Shown in pieces: positions 8,720-18,538 of a stretch of 55,543 nt of DNA. A program made the position numbers and the translations under genes. The stretch lies in IMG/VR virus record IMGVR_UViG_3300035007_000011, positions 1 through 55,543 of that record. One strand, given 5' to 3'. This stretch comes from a virus. Taxonomy: Duplodnaviria; Caudoviricetes. Each line of letters begins with the position of its first letter. The first letter of the stretch is position 1. The notes beneath the pieces were generated by a model. It ran no database searches. It worked only from the letters and a program-made list of their open reading frames with translations, and had not been told where the DNA came from.

Positions 8720-10477
8720 CTAAGAAATTAGGCATTCCTCACGCCGCGAGCCACCTCTGCTGCACTGTGGGGCGTAGGTAGAGTAAGCTGCTTGCCCCAC
8801 CAGGAGTGCAAGGCAAAACAATGTGGCGCATTTCTGCACCCATGCTGGCTGCTGGCTCTTCTGTTTTATTTGTGCCAGCTTCAATCCGCACTCGCGCCAA
8901 TCGGCGTATTTTGTGCCGTCACCATTAGTCCAGAATTCTTCAAAATTATCCCAACTGCCATTATCCGAAAGCCAAATGTAGCCGATTAATTGGTTGTCGA
9001 TCCTGAAAGCGTATTGCTGCCCTTTATCGTCTGTGTACTTGCAATCTTCAATCGTGCAAAGCTCGGTCTTTTCTTCTTCTTCAACTATTGGCAATGTGCC
9101 TTGTTTGTAGTGCCAGAGAATGTACCTTTCTGCCCTCGCTTGGGTATTCCAGCGAAATACTTCCTTGCCGCCTACAGCTACTACATAGCGCTGTGTCGAA
9201 TGTTCGTCGTCGTAGTGGATAGTGGCAATTGTCTTGCCGACGACAGTTGCATCCCAGTCGTAAAAGCCGTCAGGTGAAGTGAATTCAACGTCTGGCTTAC
9301 TGCTAGATAAAAATCTGGGGTTGGCATCGCCAAATGCCTCAATAATTTTTGGATTGTATAAATCCGAGACATATTTCTCTAGTTCCAATGGAGCCATTAG
9401 CGGTTTGTAATCGCGTTTTCCACAACGCGAGACGCTAAGGTGTTTGGCACCAAATTTAGCCTCAGATTCATATTTAATTTTGGCTTCCCCAGCAGAGGTG
9501 TCAATGATTAATTCTTCTCCAGCCAGCAGTCGAGCATAGGTTTTTTCAGCTTGCTGTCTCCATGAGGGTGCAATTTCTTCCGCCTGCTGTTGAATATATT
9601 GGTTAAGTTCAGATTGTGCCTGCCCAACAATTGCAATTGATTGTTGATAATCATCCGCCGCGATTTGATGCTTGCAGCGTACCCCTCTAAAATGCGCGTC
9701 TCCGCATTCGCATCGCTCCCTGGCATCGGGATGGTTGGGGCGGACTGCATAGTGGTTGCCATTGTCGGGATTGCGGACAATAAAAGTATTGCTGATTTGC
9801 TCGACCTCCAGGGGTCTGGATCGATCAATTCTCAGAATAGTTTTTTCCCGCGCCTGGGCAATCGCTAATTGAGGGGTGCTATGAGTCTGCTTGGTCAGGT
9901 CATTTGTCCAGCCATCTGCGCTGCTGTAGATTTTGAATAATGGCTCCTCAGTCAGGCTGTCAAAGACTTGGTAGGTTTTGTTGTCTTCAGTTTCTAGGTG
10001 GTAGCCAGGAATCGCGAGGTCTTGGGTAATATCATTTGCTTCTATGGAAATATCATCAGCTTTTGGCGATATAGCCGCTTCAATCATCTCCCAGGTAGCC
10101 GCAAAAGCCGCTTGCTTATCAGGCTGCTTTGCCCTCCAAAATATCGCTTGGCAGCCTTTGATGCCTTCGAGGGGTTGATTAAATAAGATGGGCTGGCTGA
10201 GATGGTAGGCATAGCATTCATTTTCAGCATCCCAAGTGCAGTCTGTAATTTGGGCGGCTCCGATTATCGCGCCGCGCTTGATTGTGTCCTTGGAGATGCC
10301 GTAAGTAGCGAAATAGTGGTCGGAATCCTTGGATTGAGAAGCATGAATTAAAATCCAGCCGCGTCTCTGGGTTGGTTGGCTGCGGTATTCGGCTTGCTTG
10401 ATGCCCATGCAGATGGCGTAGGCGTGGGGTGCATGGATGCTGATAGCCTTGAGAAATTCGGGATATGATTGTGTCAT
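8720..10477 (-). CDS. Multidomain early protein: N-terminal ASCH domain + SWIM Zn finger
   Basis: AISIHAPHAYAICMGIKQAEYRS (ASCH GxKxxExR); CECGDAHFRGVRCKH (SWIM). Confidence 0.8.
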   Translation of the reverse strand: MTQSYPEFLKAISIHAPHAYAICMGIKQAEYRSQPTQRRGWILIHASQSKDSDHYFATYGISKDTIKRGAIIGAAQITDCTWDAENECYAYHLSQPILFNQPLEGIKGCQAIFWRAKQPDKQAAFAATWEMIEAAISPKADDISIEANDITQDLAIPGYHLETEDNKTYQVFDSLTEEPLFKIYSSADGWTNDLTKQTHSTPQLAIAQAREKTILRIDRSRPLEVEQISNTFIVRNPDNGNHYAVRPNHPDARERCECGDAHFRGVRCKHQIAADDYQQSIAIVGQAQSELNQYIQQQAEEIAPSWRQQAEKTYARLLAGEELIIDTSAGEAKIKYESEAKFGAKHLSVSRCGKRDYKPLMAPLELEKYVSDLYNPKIIEAFGDANPRFLSSSKPDVEFTSPDGFYDWDATVVGKTIATIHYDDEHSTQRYVVAVGGKEVFRWNTQARAERYILWHYKQGTLPIVEEEEKTELCTIEDCKYTDDKGQQYAFRIDNQLIGYIWLSDNGSWDNFEEFWTNGDGTKYADWRECGLKLAQIKQKSQQPAWVQKCATLFCLALLVGQAAYSTYAPQCSRGGSRREECLIS

Positions 10478-10551
10478 GACGACCTTGCGAAAGGGTTTGT
10501 CTAAGGAGTGATCGTCTTGCTTGCGAGGCGGCGATCGCTTTCTTAATAGCC

Positions 10552-10580
10552 ATAATAGCTACTATTAGTAGCTATGTCAA
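10552..10580 (-). promoter_or_regulatory. Sigma70 promoter of the leftward early operon with palindromic operator in the spacer
   Basis: TTGACA-17-TATTAT on the minus strand; palindrome ATAGCTACTA-T-TAGTAGCTAT at 10555-10575. Confidence 0.75.
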
Positions 10581-10880
10581 TAGGATCTTTGAACTTTCTG
10601 CTTCCACAATTTCCAGCAATGGAAGCAAGGCGTAAGGATTGATAGAAAGCGCTTTACACATAGATAGCGCAAAGTCCAGGGGAACCGTAGCCGACTTCCC
10701 ACTCATAATTTTTTTGATATTAGCAACCGAACACCCCACTCCGGATGAATTGAGGCTTTCGGCTATTTGATAGGAAGAACGACCTTTTATCAAATCCCTG
10801 AAAAGCTTTGCCCTGGCTTCTCCCCACGTCACACTACGAACGGACGACGCTAAAACATACATTCTTTTTATTTCGCTCAA
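10572..10880 (-). CDS. XRE-family HTH regulator (repressor/Cro-like)
   Basis: SSYQIAESL..CSVANIKKIMSGK..VPLDFALSMCKALSI; flanked by operator-like palindromes. Confidence 0.75.
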   Translation of the reverse strand: MSEIKRMYVLASSVRSVTWGEARAKLFRDLIKGRSSYQIAESLNSSGVGCSVANIKKIMSGKSATVPLDFALSMCKALSINPYALLPLLEIVEAESSKILLT

Positions 10881-10908
10881 CTTAGCTACTCCCGGTATCT
10901 TAGCACTG

Positions 10909-10929
10909 ATAGCTACTAACAGTGACTAT
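10909..10929. promoter_or_regulatory. Second operator-like site
   Basis: ATAGCTACTAacagtgaCTAT, a degenerate copy of 10555-10575; half-site tagctact at 10883. Confidence 0.55.
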
Positions 10930-11035
10930 GATGAAGCCTTGCGAAAACCTTAGCAACTGTGAATATTTGCTTAAGTTGCGGTAGGGCAAGTAGTATAGAG
11001 AACACAAATGAATACAATTACTTAGAATAGATTTT

Positions 11036-11446
11036 ATGTTTAAAACTATTTCTGCAACTTTATTATTGTTGGCTAGTCTTGCCTCAAGCGCCCTGGCTGG
11101 TACTCCCTACCCTATTTACCCTACTCAAACTCAATATATTAGGTATGAAATCGAGTTAGAGCAATTTTTTACTAACTTTGCGGCAGATGGTGGTAAGTAC
11201 TTCAGGACTAGCGATCGCCAACGCAGAAGAGATGGGCAGTTATTGTGCAGTATGCTGACGGCATATTCGGCAGAAGAATATCTCACCTCATCATTAGAGA
11301 GACACCGCCTGCTGTACAAGGACTCTCAGCAATTAAGAAGTGAAAATGCTTATACTCTGGGCGTTGCGACTGCTGCAATTGACACGATTTGCACAGAATA
11401 TAGAGCAGGCTTTGTAGACTTTGTTCAAAAATATCAGCAAAAATAA
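11036..11446 (+). CDS. Secreted protein, DUF732-like (moron)
   Basis: Signal peptide ending ASSALA; G..LC..L ... AA...IC..Y Cys pattern. Confidence 0.55.
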   Translation: MFKTISATLLLLASLASSALAGTPYPIYPTQTQYIRYEIELEQFFTNFAADGGKYFRTSDRQRRRDGQLLCSMLTAYSAEEYLTSSLERHRLLYKDSQQLRSENAYTLGVATAAIDTICTEYRAGFVDFVQKYQQK

Positions 11447-11826
11447 TGCAACTAAAATCTCTGCGGGAACTTGATAAACTTGTAGCAGAACAGATATTTG
11501 ACTGGTGTGATTTTTGGGAGAATACCAGCAGCAGTGGCTATTACTATTTGATGGGCTACCCGCCACAAGAGCAAGCTATGGGCATTGATGGGGAACGTCA
11601 AGAAGTATGGAATTATTCAAGCGATATCGTGGCGGCGTGGTCAATCACCGAAAAGTTCTATTCTGCCAACATATCAAAGTTATCTAACGGCACTGAATTT
11701 GAAGCTTATTTAGTGACCACAGATGGTAAGACAAATATAGATGGTCACGCGAAAGCTAAGACCGTGGAAGTCGCTTTGTGCTTGGCGGCGTTGGAAGCTA
11801 AAGGTATTGAAGTAGAGTTGGAGTAA
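11446..11826 (+). CDS. Phage ABA-sandwich-domain protein
   Basis: ELDKLVAE, YSSDIVAAW and T..VALCLAALEAKG motifs. Confidence 0.7.
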   Translation: MQLKSLRELDKLVAEQIFDWCDFWENTSSSGYYYLMGYPPQEQAMGIDGERQEVWNYSSDIVAAWSITEKFYSANISKLSNGTEFEAYLVTTDGKTNIDGHAKAKTVEVALCLAALEAKGIEVELE

Positions 11827-12198
11827 TCATCCTAAGCAAAATCTATTACTCCTACTCCCGCCACTTTTAAACAAAATTCCCGTGTAGGGATAAAGCGATC
11901 GCCTTATCGCGGCTAGGTTTTTGTCTGGTCGTAATTGATATCCGTCTTTGTCGATGTTGCTGGGGTCGAGTGAAATGCACTCAAATTCTTCCAAAATCAC
12001 CCCGACCCGCTCGACTTGTGACGGCGACTCGTTGATTGATGCGATCGCACTAATCAGCGCCTGCCTTACTGGGGTGTTGGTGTTAAATAAATCAGGTTCC
12101 AAGCGAGAACTACCCTCACCACCAACCACAACAGTAGTATCGCGCTGAGTAATTTCATACACCTCGAATAGCAGGTTTGTTTGATGGTCGGTGAGCAT
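11827..12198 (-). CDS. Probable head-tail connector / head completion protein
   Basis: Last gene of the capsid unit; size and position only. Confidence 0.4.
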   Translation of the reverse strand: MLTDHQTNLLFEVYEITQRDTTVVVGGEGSSRLEPDLFNTNTPVRQALISAIASINESPSQVERVGVILEEFECISLDPSNIDKDGYQLRPDKNLAAIRRSLYPYTGILFKSGGSRSNRFCLG

Positions 12199-12479
12199 TA
12201 CACTTTTGGCGACCAGTGCCAGGTGCCAGGCTCGTTGGTATCTGAATAAATTTTGGATGTTGCCCAAAGTACGCGAGTACCGTCTTCGTAGTCGTTTGTG
12301 CTATCAGTGAAGACTTGCAGGTTGCAATATCCTTTGGCAATTAATTCCGGTGCAACATCGCGCCATACCCTGACAACAATAGCGGGTCTTACTTCTCCAG
12401 CATTGCGTCCATCTGGCAAAACATAGTGGACTATTCGCCCTTCAGTTAATCCGGGAAATGGTTGCACTGATTGAGTCAT
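12198..12479 (-). CDS. Conserved small phage protein
   Basis: GRIVHYVL..RPAIVVRV..NLQVF.D..GTWHW pattern common in phage head regions. Confidence 0.65.
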   Translation of the reverse strand: MTQSVQPFPGLTEGRIVHYVLPDGRNAGEVRPAIVVRVWRDVAPELIAKGYCNLQVFTDSTNDYEDGTRVLWATSKIYSDTNEPGTWHWSPKV

Positions 12480-12874
12480 GATGCTGTCTCCTTAGTGTTA
12501 ATTTGGTAACTAATTTGTGAATCCAGTGTTACCCAAGCGACACCCGGAATCTTGGCAATGAGGGCTTCCACCATTTTGTAAGGTCGTCCTGTTTGTAGTT
12601 CTTTTCCTTGGGCGGTCGATAAGCCTAAGCGCTCAGTTAACTCCTTGAGGGACGCAGAGTTAACCAAAATAAAGCCTGCCCCCGGTGGTTGGTTATCAAC
12701 TACTGGAGAATAGACTTTTTTTATTTCTTCCTCTCCTGACGGAGAGGCTGCGCCAACATCGGTTGTTACGGGTGGTGGCGGTTCTCTACGATAACCCTGT
12801 GCTAGAAAGTCGTTTTCCCGTCCTTCGGGAACATGCGTAGGCATACCGTACTGTGGTTCATAAAAAATTGGCAT
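12476..12874 (-). CDS. Capsid-adjacent protein with helix-hairpin-helix motif
   Basis: VNSASLKEL...GLSTAQGKEL..GRPY..VEAL (ComEA-like HhH). Confidence 0.6.
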   Translation of the reverse strand: MPIFYEPQYGMPTHVPEGRENDFLAQGYRREPPPPVTTDVGAASPSGEEEIKKVYSPVVDNQPPGAGFILVNSASLKELTERLGLSTAQGKELQTGRPYKMVEALIAKIPGVAWVTLDSQISYQINTKETAS

Positions 12875-12879
12875 ACAAA

Positions 12880-12899
12880 TGAAGACCAATTGGTCTTAA
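12880..12899. promoter_or_regulatory. Palindrome AAGACCAATTGGTCTT, copy 1
   Basis: 16-bp perfect core just after the coat stop; second copy at 43454-43475. Confidence 0.55.
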
Positions 12900-12906
12900 T
12901 AAAAGT

Positions 12907-14217
12907 TCATAAACTTAGAATTAAACCGCATTTACGAAAGTCGGTGATTTTAGAGCCAGTTAGCATATAAGCGGCGTTACGTTCGCTAACAGTTCCCAAG
13001 TCGTACTGCCCGGTGAAAACTTGAATACTTAGGCTAGTAGTTGGATCAACTATTGAGGCTGCGATCGCACCACTGCCGCGTCGGGGTTCAGCAATGCGGC
13101 GTGTAGCCATCACCAATCCTTCCATGTGGTTCACCGTATTAACTGAAGAGATGGTTGGGACACTAAATAAGTCTGTCCCTGGTGTGATATCTCCTACTGC
13201 TAACTTTGCGCCATTTGGAGCATAAGGAACAAGACTGATTACATTACCAGTAATTCGCAAAATCACACCGAATGCCGTTGCCTTAGTGCTAGTGCCAATT
13301 CTGGCTATTTGCCCAACTCCAACGTTTTGTAGTGCCGCACCTACAGTTAGGGTAAAATCTACTGCTCCAACGTATGTAATAGTAGCATTATCGGCATACC
13401 GAAAAGCAGTATTAGCCGCTACTGAGGCAATAGGTAAAGTAGCTTGCACACTGCCGGCGGTATCAAGGTCAGCAACTCCTGTTTGATTGCCTACTGTGTT
13501 ACTACCACCCACCATAAATCCGTAGCGTTCGACGAAATCGCCTAATTGTAAGCCGCGTTGCAGGAGATTCCCACCACCAATACTTGTGGCTGCAAAACCT
13601 GTAACTACTACTGAATCACCAAGGAAAGCACCTTTGGCAGTGGATGAAATAATGGTGTAACGCTTAGTTGGCGGTACGTTTTCTTTATCTAGGTAAACAT
13701 TTGCACCACGTAAGCCTTCATTACTGAAGTTGGTTAACTGCCCATTGCTATCTACACACGCACTAATGGCAATAGGGGGATGGTCGCCCAAATCCACGTT
13801 ACCAGTGGCGGCGATGTTCCAAGTGCGGAACTGCGAGTACATATAACTATCATTAGGCGTAACAATAGCATCAGCCACTTGTCCCGCCGTTTCCTCTAAA
13901 TAACGCTCCATTGTCTGCGTTGAGTCGTAGCCGTAGGACAAAAACCCGTCTGTCCATAGCCTTTCTAACTGAACATTTCCCGCGAAAAACTGAGCTTCAG
14001 TAAAGATGAAAGGTGCTACGCGGGGGTTGAGGTCGGTTGCTGTCCGGCGTTTGGGACGACGAATTTTTACCGAGTCGCCGCGTTCAAATGCCCCAGGCTC
14101 AAAATCCCGCACAGCAACGCGGGGATACATGACAGCGAGATTTAATTGAGTTAGGGCGCGTTGAGCGATCGCAGTTTCGAGTAGTGCGGTATTCGGTGAA
14201 AATGGCTGGGTTGGCAT
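12907..14217 (-). CDS. Major capsid protein (P22 coat-like)
   Basis: RDFEPGAFERGDSVKIRRP and LDKENVPPTKR motifs; follows the scaffold gene. Start reassigned to ATG 14217 because the track's upstream extension is translated repeat. Confidence 0.85.
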   Translation of the reverse strand: MPTQPFSPNTALLETAIAQRALTQLNLAVMYPRVAVRDFEPGAFERGDSVKIRRPKRRTATDLNPRVAPFIFTEAQFFAGNVQLERLWTDGFLSYGYDSTQTMERYLEETAGQVADAIVTPNDSYMYSQFRTWNIAATGNVDLGDHPPIAISACVDSNGQLTNFSNEGLRGANVYLDKENVPPTKRYTIISSTAKGAFLGDSVVVTGFAATSIGGGNLLQRGLQLGDFVERYGFMVGGSNTVGNQTGVADLDTAGSVQATLPIASVAANTAFRYADNATITYVGAVDFTLTVGAALQNVGVGQIARIGTSTKATAFGVILRITGNVISLVPYAPNGAKLAVGDITPGTDLFSVPTISSVNTVNHMEGLVMATRRIAEPRRGSGAIAASIVDPTTSLSIQVFTGQYDLGTVSERNAAYMLTGSKITDFRKCGLILSL

Positions 14218-14224
14218 GGTAAAT

Positions 14225-14311
14225 AAGGAAGAAGGAAGAAGGAAGAAGGAAGAAGGTTGAGGGAAGAATTTAATATCATCCAACTTCGGTCCTTCCTACT
14301 TCCTTCTTCCT
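14225..14311. repeat. Inverted heptamer arrays (GAAGGAA)n...(TTCCTTC)n, copy 2
   Basis: Fills the scaffold-coat intergenic gap and can form a hairpin. Confidence 0.85.
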
Positions 14312-14313
14312 TA

Positions 14314-15099
14314 TTAGCTAGGTTTCCCATATTGACTTTCAAGCTCACTCACAAGTGCTTTTTGCGCCGCTTCGTCGTTGTTGTACTGGTTGTAGATATC
14401 TTGTGCGGTCTTACCTTCAAAGTTGTATTGAGATGGAGTGGCGCGGGTTCCCGTAGTTCCATCTGTACCGGTGCCACCACGGGGTACAGCAAAGTGGGCG
14501 AAATCTGTCTCCAGCATCTTAGGGAGAACGTCTTTAAAATCCAACTTGGTAGGCTCGTTAAATTTATCGACACCTTTCACAAAGTAGCGATCGCCTTCTT
14601 CTATCAGTAATCCACGTTTTTCAAGTAAGGTCAATAAATCTTCTTCCGTATTGGGACGCACCGTACCTAGAGATCGCATCGCATTCAATACTTCGCCCCG
14701 CATCTTGGTTTGACGGTCAGTTTCTCTGAGGGTTTTGGTTTCTTTATCGCGCTCGTCAAGCTGGGTTTGTAATCCAGTTAACTTGCCTTCGTATTCCTTT
14801 TTGATTTCAGCGAGTACCGCTTCACGTATTTTATCTGAGTCGGATTTGTCGTCTGTAGTCTGTTCGGCTTCGTATTCTTTCTTAACTTCACCGATGAAAT
14901 CCAGTGAAGGCTTAATGTCTTTGAAACGTTCTTCAAGCAGAGTAGGTATAGAACTTGACAGCGTACCGAAGGCTTCTGAAAGCTTCTTATTGTCGTGCTG
15001 CTGCTTCTCTAATTGCTCGGTCAGCGGCTTTACGGCTTCACCAAACACATCTTTTACAGTGTCGGCTATGGCTTTTTGGATTTCGGGGTCTAGGGGCAT
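14314..15099 (-). CDS. Capsid scaffolding protein
   Basis: Acidic coiled-coil with GGTGT near the C-terminus; immediately upstream of coat. Confidence 0.75.
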   Translation of the reverse strand: MPLDPEIQKAIADTVKDVFGEAVKPLTEQLEKQQHDNKKLSEAFGTLSSSIPTLLEERFKDIKPSLDFIGEVKKEYEAEQTTDDKSDSDKIREAVLAEIKKEYEGKLTGLQTQLDERDKETKTLRETDRQTKMRGEVLNAMRSLGTVRPNTEEDLLTLLEKRGLLIEEGDRYFVKGVDKFNEPTKLDFKDVLPKMLETDFAHFAVPRGGTGTDGTTGTRATPSQYNFEGKTAQDIYNQYNNDEAAQKALVSELESQYGKPS

Positions 15100-15101
15100 A
15101 C

Positions 15102-15137
15102 GGGAACTCTAGTAATGGTACTTGGTTTAATATTCCC
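15102..15137. promoter_or_regulatory. Overlapping divergent pair of GGGAAnnnTA motifs
   Basis: GGGAACTCTA (+, 15102-15111) and GGGAATATTA (-, 15128-15137) within a 39-bp divergent gap. Confidence 0.65.
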
Positions 15138-15138
15138 T

Positions 15139-16380
15139 ATGTCTCGTTTGGCGAAATTAAGAAGTAAATTTAGTAATCATAGTGAATCTACCTTTAATGA
15201 AGCTGAAGTAAGGCGAGATTCTAAAGGCAAGTTTGCTCCAAAGGACGCTGCTAAACAAATTGCATCAAAAACTAAGAGAACAAAAAAAGTTAGCGATTTA
15301 GATAAAGACTTTGACACGCTTGTAGAAGAAGTATTTCAAGAGCGATTTAAACGTTACAAAGAAGACGGTTCCTACAAGTACATGATTCTTGGTAACGGTA
15401 AACAATATGACGACATTGTAGCCTCCCACGGCAAAGAAGCGGCTGATAAAGCTTTTGAAGATCATATACGTAAATCTGCTAGTGGGATAGCTAAAGAATT
15501 AAAGAAAAGAGCCGTTCTTGAAGAAACTAGAACTGGCATTCTTAAAGGCAAGGACAAGCAATTAAAACGTGAACTCGCAGCGATGGATAAATTTTATCCA
15601 CGTTTAAGATATCAAGAAACGCTTTACGAATTTAAAAGTAAAAATCCAAATGCCAACTTATTAGAACGATTGGAAGCGGAAGAAAAGCTAGATAAACAAC
15701 TTAGTTACAATGGCACGATGCAGCGTGGAGCTAAACTTACTAAGAAACTCGATACAAAAATGTCCAAAGCTAAAACTGAAGACGAAAAGTTAACAATCAT
15801 GGAAGGGCATCGTAATGAATTAATAAAAAATGGGATGCCCAGGCAGGATGCTATTGATTTAGTAGAAACCAAAGATTTTGATAATTCAGTTAAGAGCATG
15901 GGCAAATCAGTAACTCAAACCGCAGCCGCAGAATTCTATCAAATTGCTAGGGGATATGGTAGTTCTACTCTGCGTACTTTTAAGCGCGATACAGACAGAG
16001 CTTATGCTAATAAGCAAGAGAAAACTATTAATATTGGCGTTTTTCCAGATAAACATACTATTTATCATGAAATGGGACATCATGTTGAATTTGAAGATCC
16101 AAGAATAGCCGCTGCCGCTAGAGAATGGCGTGATAAACGCGCTACTGGAGAGGAGCAGTCGTTAAATAGTTTAGTTGAATATGGAACGTTTCGCGAGGAT
16201 GAAAAAGCTAAACCAGATAAGTATATTAGTCCTTATGTTGGCAAGGTTTATCGTGATGGCTCGACTGAAGTTATTAGTATGGGAATCCAACATTTTCACT
16301 CTAAAGAATCAATGTTAGAGTTTTACGAACAAGATAGAGAACATTATCAATTTATTATGGGAGTGGCTCGACGTGATTAA
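15139..16380 (+). CDS. Phage zincin metallopeptidase-like protein with N-terminal RDxxGxF motif
   Basis: TIYHEMGHHVE (HExxH) plus TEVISMG; FNEAEVRRDSKGKF. Confidence 0.7.
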   Translation: MSRLAKLRSKFSNHSESTFNEAEVRRDSKGKFAPKDAAKQIASKTKRTKKVSDLDKDFDTLVEEVFQERFKRYKEDGSYKYMILGNGKQYDDIVASHGKEAADKAFEDHIRKSASGIAKELKKRAVLEETRTGILKGKDKQLKRELAAMDKFYPRLRYQETLYEFKSKNPNANLLERLEAEEKLDKQLSYNGTMQRGAKLTKKLDTKMSKAKTEDEKLTIMEGHRNELIKNGMPRQDAIDLVETKDFDNSVKSMGKSVTQTAAAEFYQIARGYGSSTLRTFKRDTDRAYANKQEKTINIGVFPDKHTIYHEMGHHVEFEDPRIAAAAREWRDKRATGEEQSLNSLVEYGTFREDEKAKPDKYISPYVGKVYRDGSTEVISMGIQHFHSKESMLEFYEQDREHYQFIMGVARRD

Positions 16381-16657
16381 ATATGAAATTAAGGTTGGTA
16401 GCAGCACGATTTATGTTTCTTTAGCTGCTAAGTCTTCTAACGAAAGAGCAATGCTCGTTTATGAAGGCAATGATATTAGCGGTTTCAAGCTATTTCTAGA
16501 AAGTTCTTATGGGGCATTTGGGCATATTATAGGACAAGCAACAACGCCGATTGATTTACATTATGCAATGTCCAATCAAAAGCAGTTTGATGCAAGGTTG
16601 ATTGAGGGAGAAATTACAAGTTACGACCCAGAAATACCAGATGATGCTGTTACTTAA
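16373..16657 (+). CDS. Small acidic partner of the metallopeptidase
   Basis: Overlaps the upstream stop; 94 aa. Confidence 0.55.
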   Translation: MIKYEIKVGSSTIYVSLAAKSSNERAMLVYEGNDISGFKLFLESSYGAFGHIIGQATTPIDLHYAMSNQKQFDARLIEGEITSYDPEIPDDAVT

Positions 16658-16832
16658 GAACCAAATAAGTCCGAAAAACTTGTTTTCCACTAGAGCTAAA
16701 CTCAACTATTTCTGCTTTTTGAGCTTTAGCACTTTTAAACGTACCTTTTTTTGAATGGGTAAAGCGTCCTTGGACATCTCGGTTTACTTGTGCTTCATTG
16801 AATTTTCGTTTGATAATAGCAAGGCGATTCAT
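16650..16832 (-). CDS. Small basic protein with RDxxGxF motif
   Basis: MNRLA..FNEAQVNRDVQGRF parallels the N-terminus of the 15139 protein; GGGATAACTA upstream (16855-16864, minus strand). Confidence 0.6.
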   Translation of the reverse strand: MNRLAIIKRKFNEAQVNRDVQGRFTHSKKGTFKSAKAQKAEIVEFSSSGKQVFRTYLVLK

Positions 16833-16944
16833 AACTATTTTTGTGAATCAAAAATAGTTATCCCTGACCGAAGTTTATTTTTAATTGCTTCTATTGATAT
16901 ATTCCAATTTCAAGTGAAGGCGGAAGACTTCCGGCGATCGCTTT

Positions 16945-18432
16945 TTACGCTGCCAGCCCTCCAGTCTTACGTTTACTTGCGTTGCTCCCGCGCTCCATTT
17001 TCTTAAACGGATAAATAGTATGTATTAAATACCCCGCTGCATCAGATAAGTGAGAAAGTAGCGGATTATCACTTTTGTTAATTGATTCTTCATTCCAAGT
17101 CACCTGCTCAAAATCCTTCACCAAGTTTTGGCAATTAGCAAAATGCACAAAACAGCGCGATTGCCGAAATAGTTGATTAACTGAGTGGATGCGGTTAACT
17201 ACATAGGGGTTGCTGTCGGCGAATTTCCGCACCAAATACCCCCTACCACGTTGTTTAACTAAAGGTTCCAACCCTTGAAACACGATGTCCCAACTACTTA
17301 ACTTGCTGGCAGCACTACGAGCGCGTCCCGTGGCATCACCAAATACTTGAATTTCTGGAGGGATGCCGTTTCTTTCTACCCAGTCTACGATTTGCTCGGT
17401 TAGCTCCCAGACATCGGAATCCATCAAAAACCATTCTTTGCAAAAGTGAATTTCGTTACCGCGTCGTTGGGCTGCGATCGCTACTGCGGGATTATAGTTA
17501 AAATCGAATGTCAGCAGTAACGGTAGGTTACGGTCATACTCCAGCAGCTGCGCGTCCTCTTCGTTTAAGCAGTGGTTAGCCCTTGAGAAATATTTGTAAA
17601 TTATCCCCTGTACCGTGTTGATGAATTGTCCCATTACCTCTTGCTGGTAAAGTTCGTCACTGTAATTGGCTTCTAGGGACGCCACATAATCGTCACCCAA
17701 ATAAGCGCGATTTTCGAGTGAAGACATCGACACCATTTGATAAATCCGCTTCAATTCGTCACTTCGAGTAGGATCGCCGAATTTATCCCAGAGGTAGTTA
17801 TAGCCGACTGGTGACGTAGTGAGAATGCCTTGCCCCTTCAGATTGCCGGGTCCACGTCCCAAGCGTCCATCAATCGTCAAAAAGGCTTTTTCAGGTGAAT
17901 ATGCGAATTCATCACCCCAAAACCAACGAATTTGTAAACCGCGCCCTGCCTGGGTGCTTCCGGTAAATGCCGACGCGGAGAGAACGTACACAAAGGCTCG
18001 ATCCGTCCCAATATAACAGCGCTGACAGTTGGTTATAGCTAATGCCTGGTCTTCTGGAGAATCTCGCCACGGCTCCAAAGGGATATTAAAATCTCGGCAT
18101 ACTTCCACCAACGCCAGAATTGTTGCCCTCGACAGCTGCCCGTAAGAATTTGCGCTTATCATCCCCCTAGATAAAGGAGCTAGCAAGGCACGGGAACAAG
18201 CCCAAATAGCACCTGCGTAACTCTTACCCCCGCCTATGCCACCTAATAAAGCTGCCCATCTGTGCTGTAACGGTTCCACAGATAGCCAGTTAGCCATCTC
18301 CAAAAACCGTGTTTGCCCACCTGGGTTAGGCTCGAAGTCCTCAAATAGTGTGATTCTACTCTCGCCTGACTCCATAGCTAACGCCTGTTGTGTCGCCATT
18401 TCTAAGTTTAATAATGCGCTCCATCCCGCCAT
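16945..18432 (-). CDS. terL: Terminase large subunit
   Basis: Walker A GGIGGGKS, Walker B FWGDE, LTTSP, nuclease motifs FDFNYNP and HLSDAAGY. Confidence 0.92.
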   Translation of the reverse strand: MAGWSALLNLEMATQQALAMESGESRITLFEDFEPNPGGQTRFLEMANWLSVEPLQHRWAALLGGIGGGKSYAGAIWACSRALLAPLSRGMISANSYGQLSRATILALVEVCRDFNIPLEPWRDSPEDQALAITNCQRCYIGTDRAFVYVLSASAFTGSTQAGRGLQIRWFWGDEFAYSPEKAFLTIDGRLGRGPGNLKGQGILTTSPVGYNYLWDKFGDPTRSDELKRIYQMVSMSSLENRAYLGDDYVASLEANYSDELYQQEVMGQFINTVQGIIYKYFSRANHCLNEEDAQLLEYDRNLPLLLTFDFNYNPAVAIAAQRRGNEIHFCKEWFLMDSDVWELTEQIVDWVERNGIPPEIQVFGDATGRARSAASKLSSWDIVFQGLEPLVKQRGRGYLVRKFADSNPYVVNRIHSVNQLFRQSRCFVHFANCQNLVKDFEQVTWNEESINKSDNPLLSHLSDAAGYLIHTIYPFKKMERGSNASKRKTGGLAA

Positions 18433-18538
18433 TTGCTAATATATGTATAGATACTTTTAAATTTATGTCACGTAAATCTGAGTTCGACGTAAAAAAAGGT
18501 CTCTAATCCAGGCAGAAATGGGGTTGTATGGTTGTGGG

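Noticed and set aside
14260-14270. GGGAAGAATT as a late promoter
   Set aside because: It is inside the heptamer element, antisense to coat, with no downstream gene; this also weakens the 41001 copy
14218-14283. N-terminal extensions of coat and gpI (FFPQPSSFFLLPSS / LLPSSVFLLPSF)
   Set aside because: These are translations of the heptamer repeat; downstream ATGs (14217 and 40948) are more plausible starts
14225-14311. CRISPR array or CRISPR-like repeats
   Set aside because: Low-complexity heptamers without unique regularly sized spacers; no cas genes
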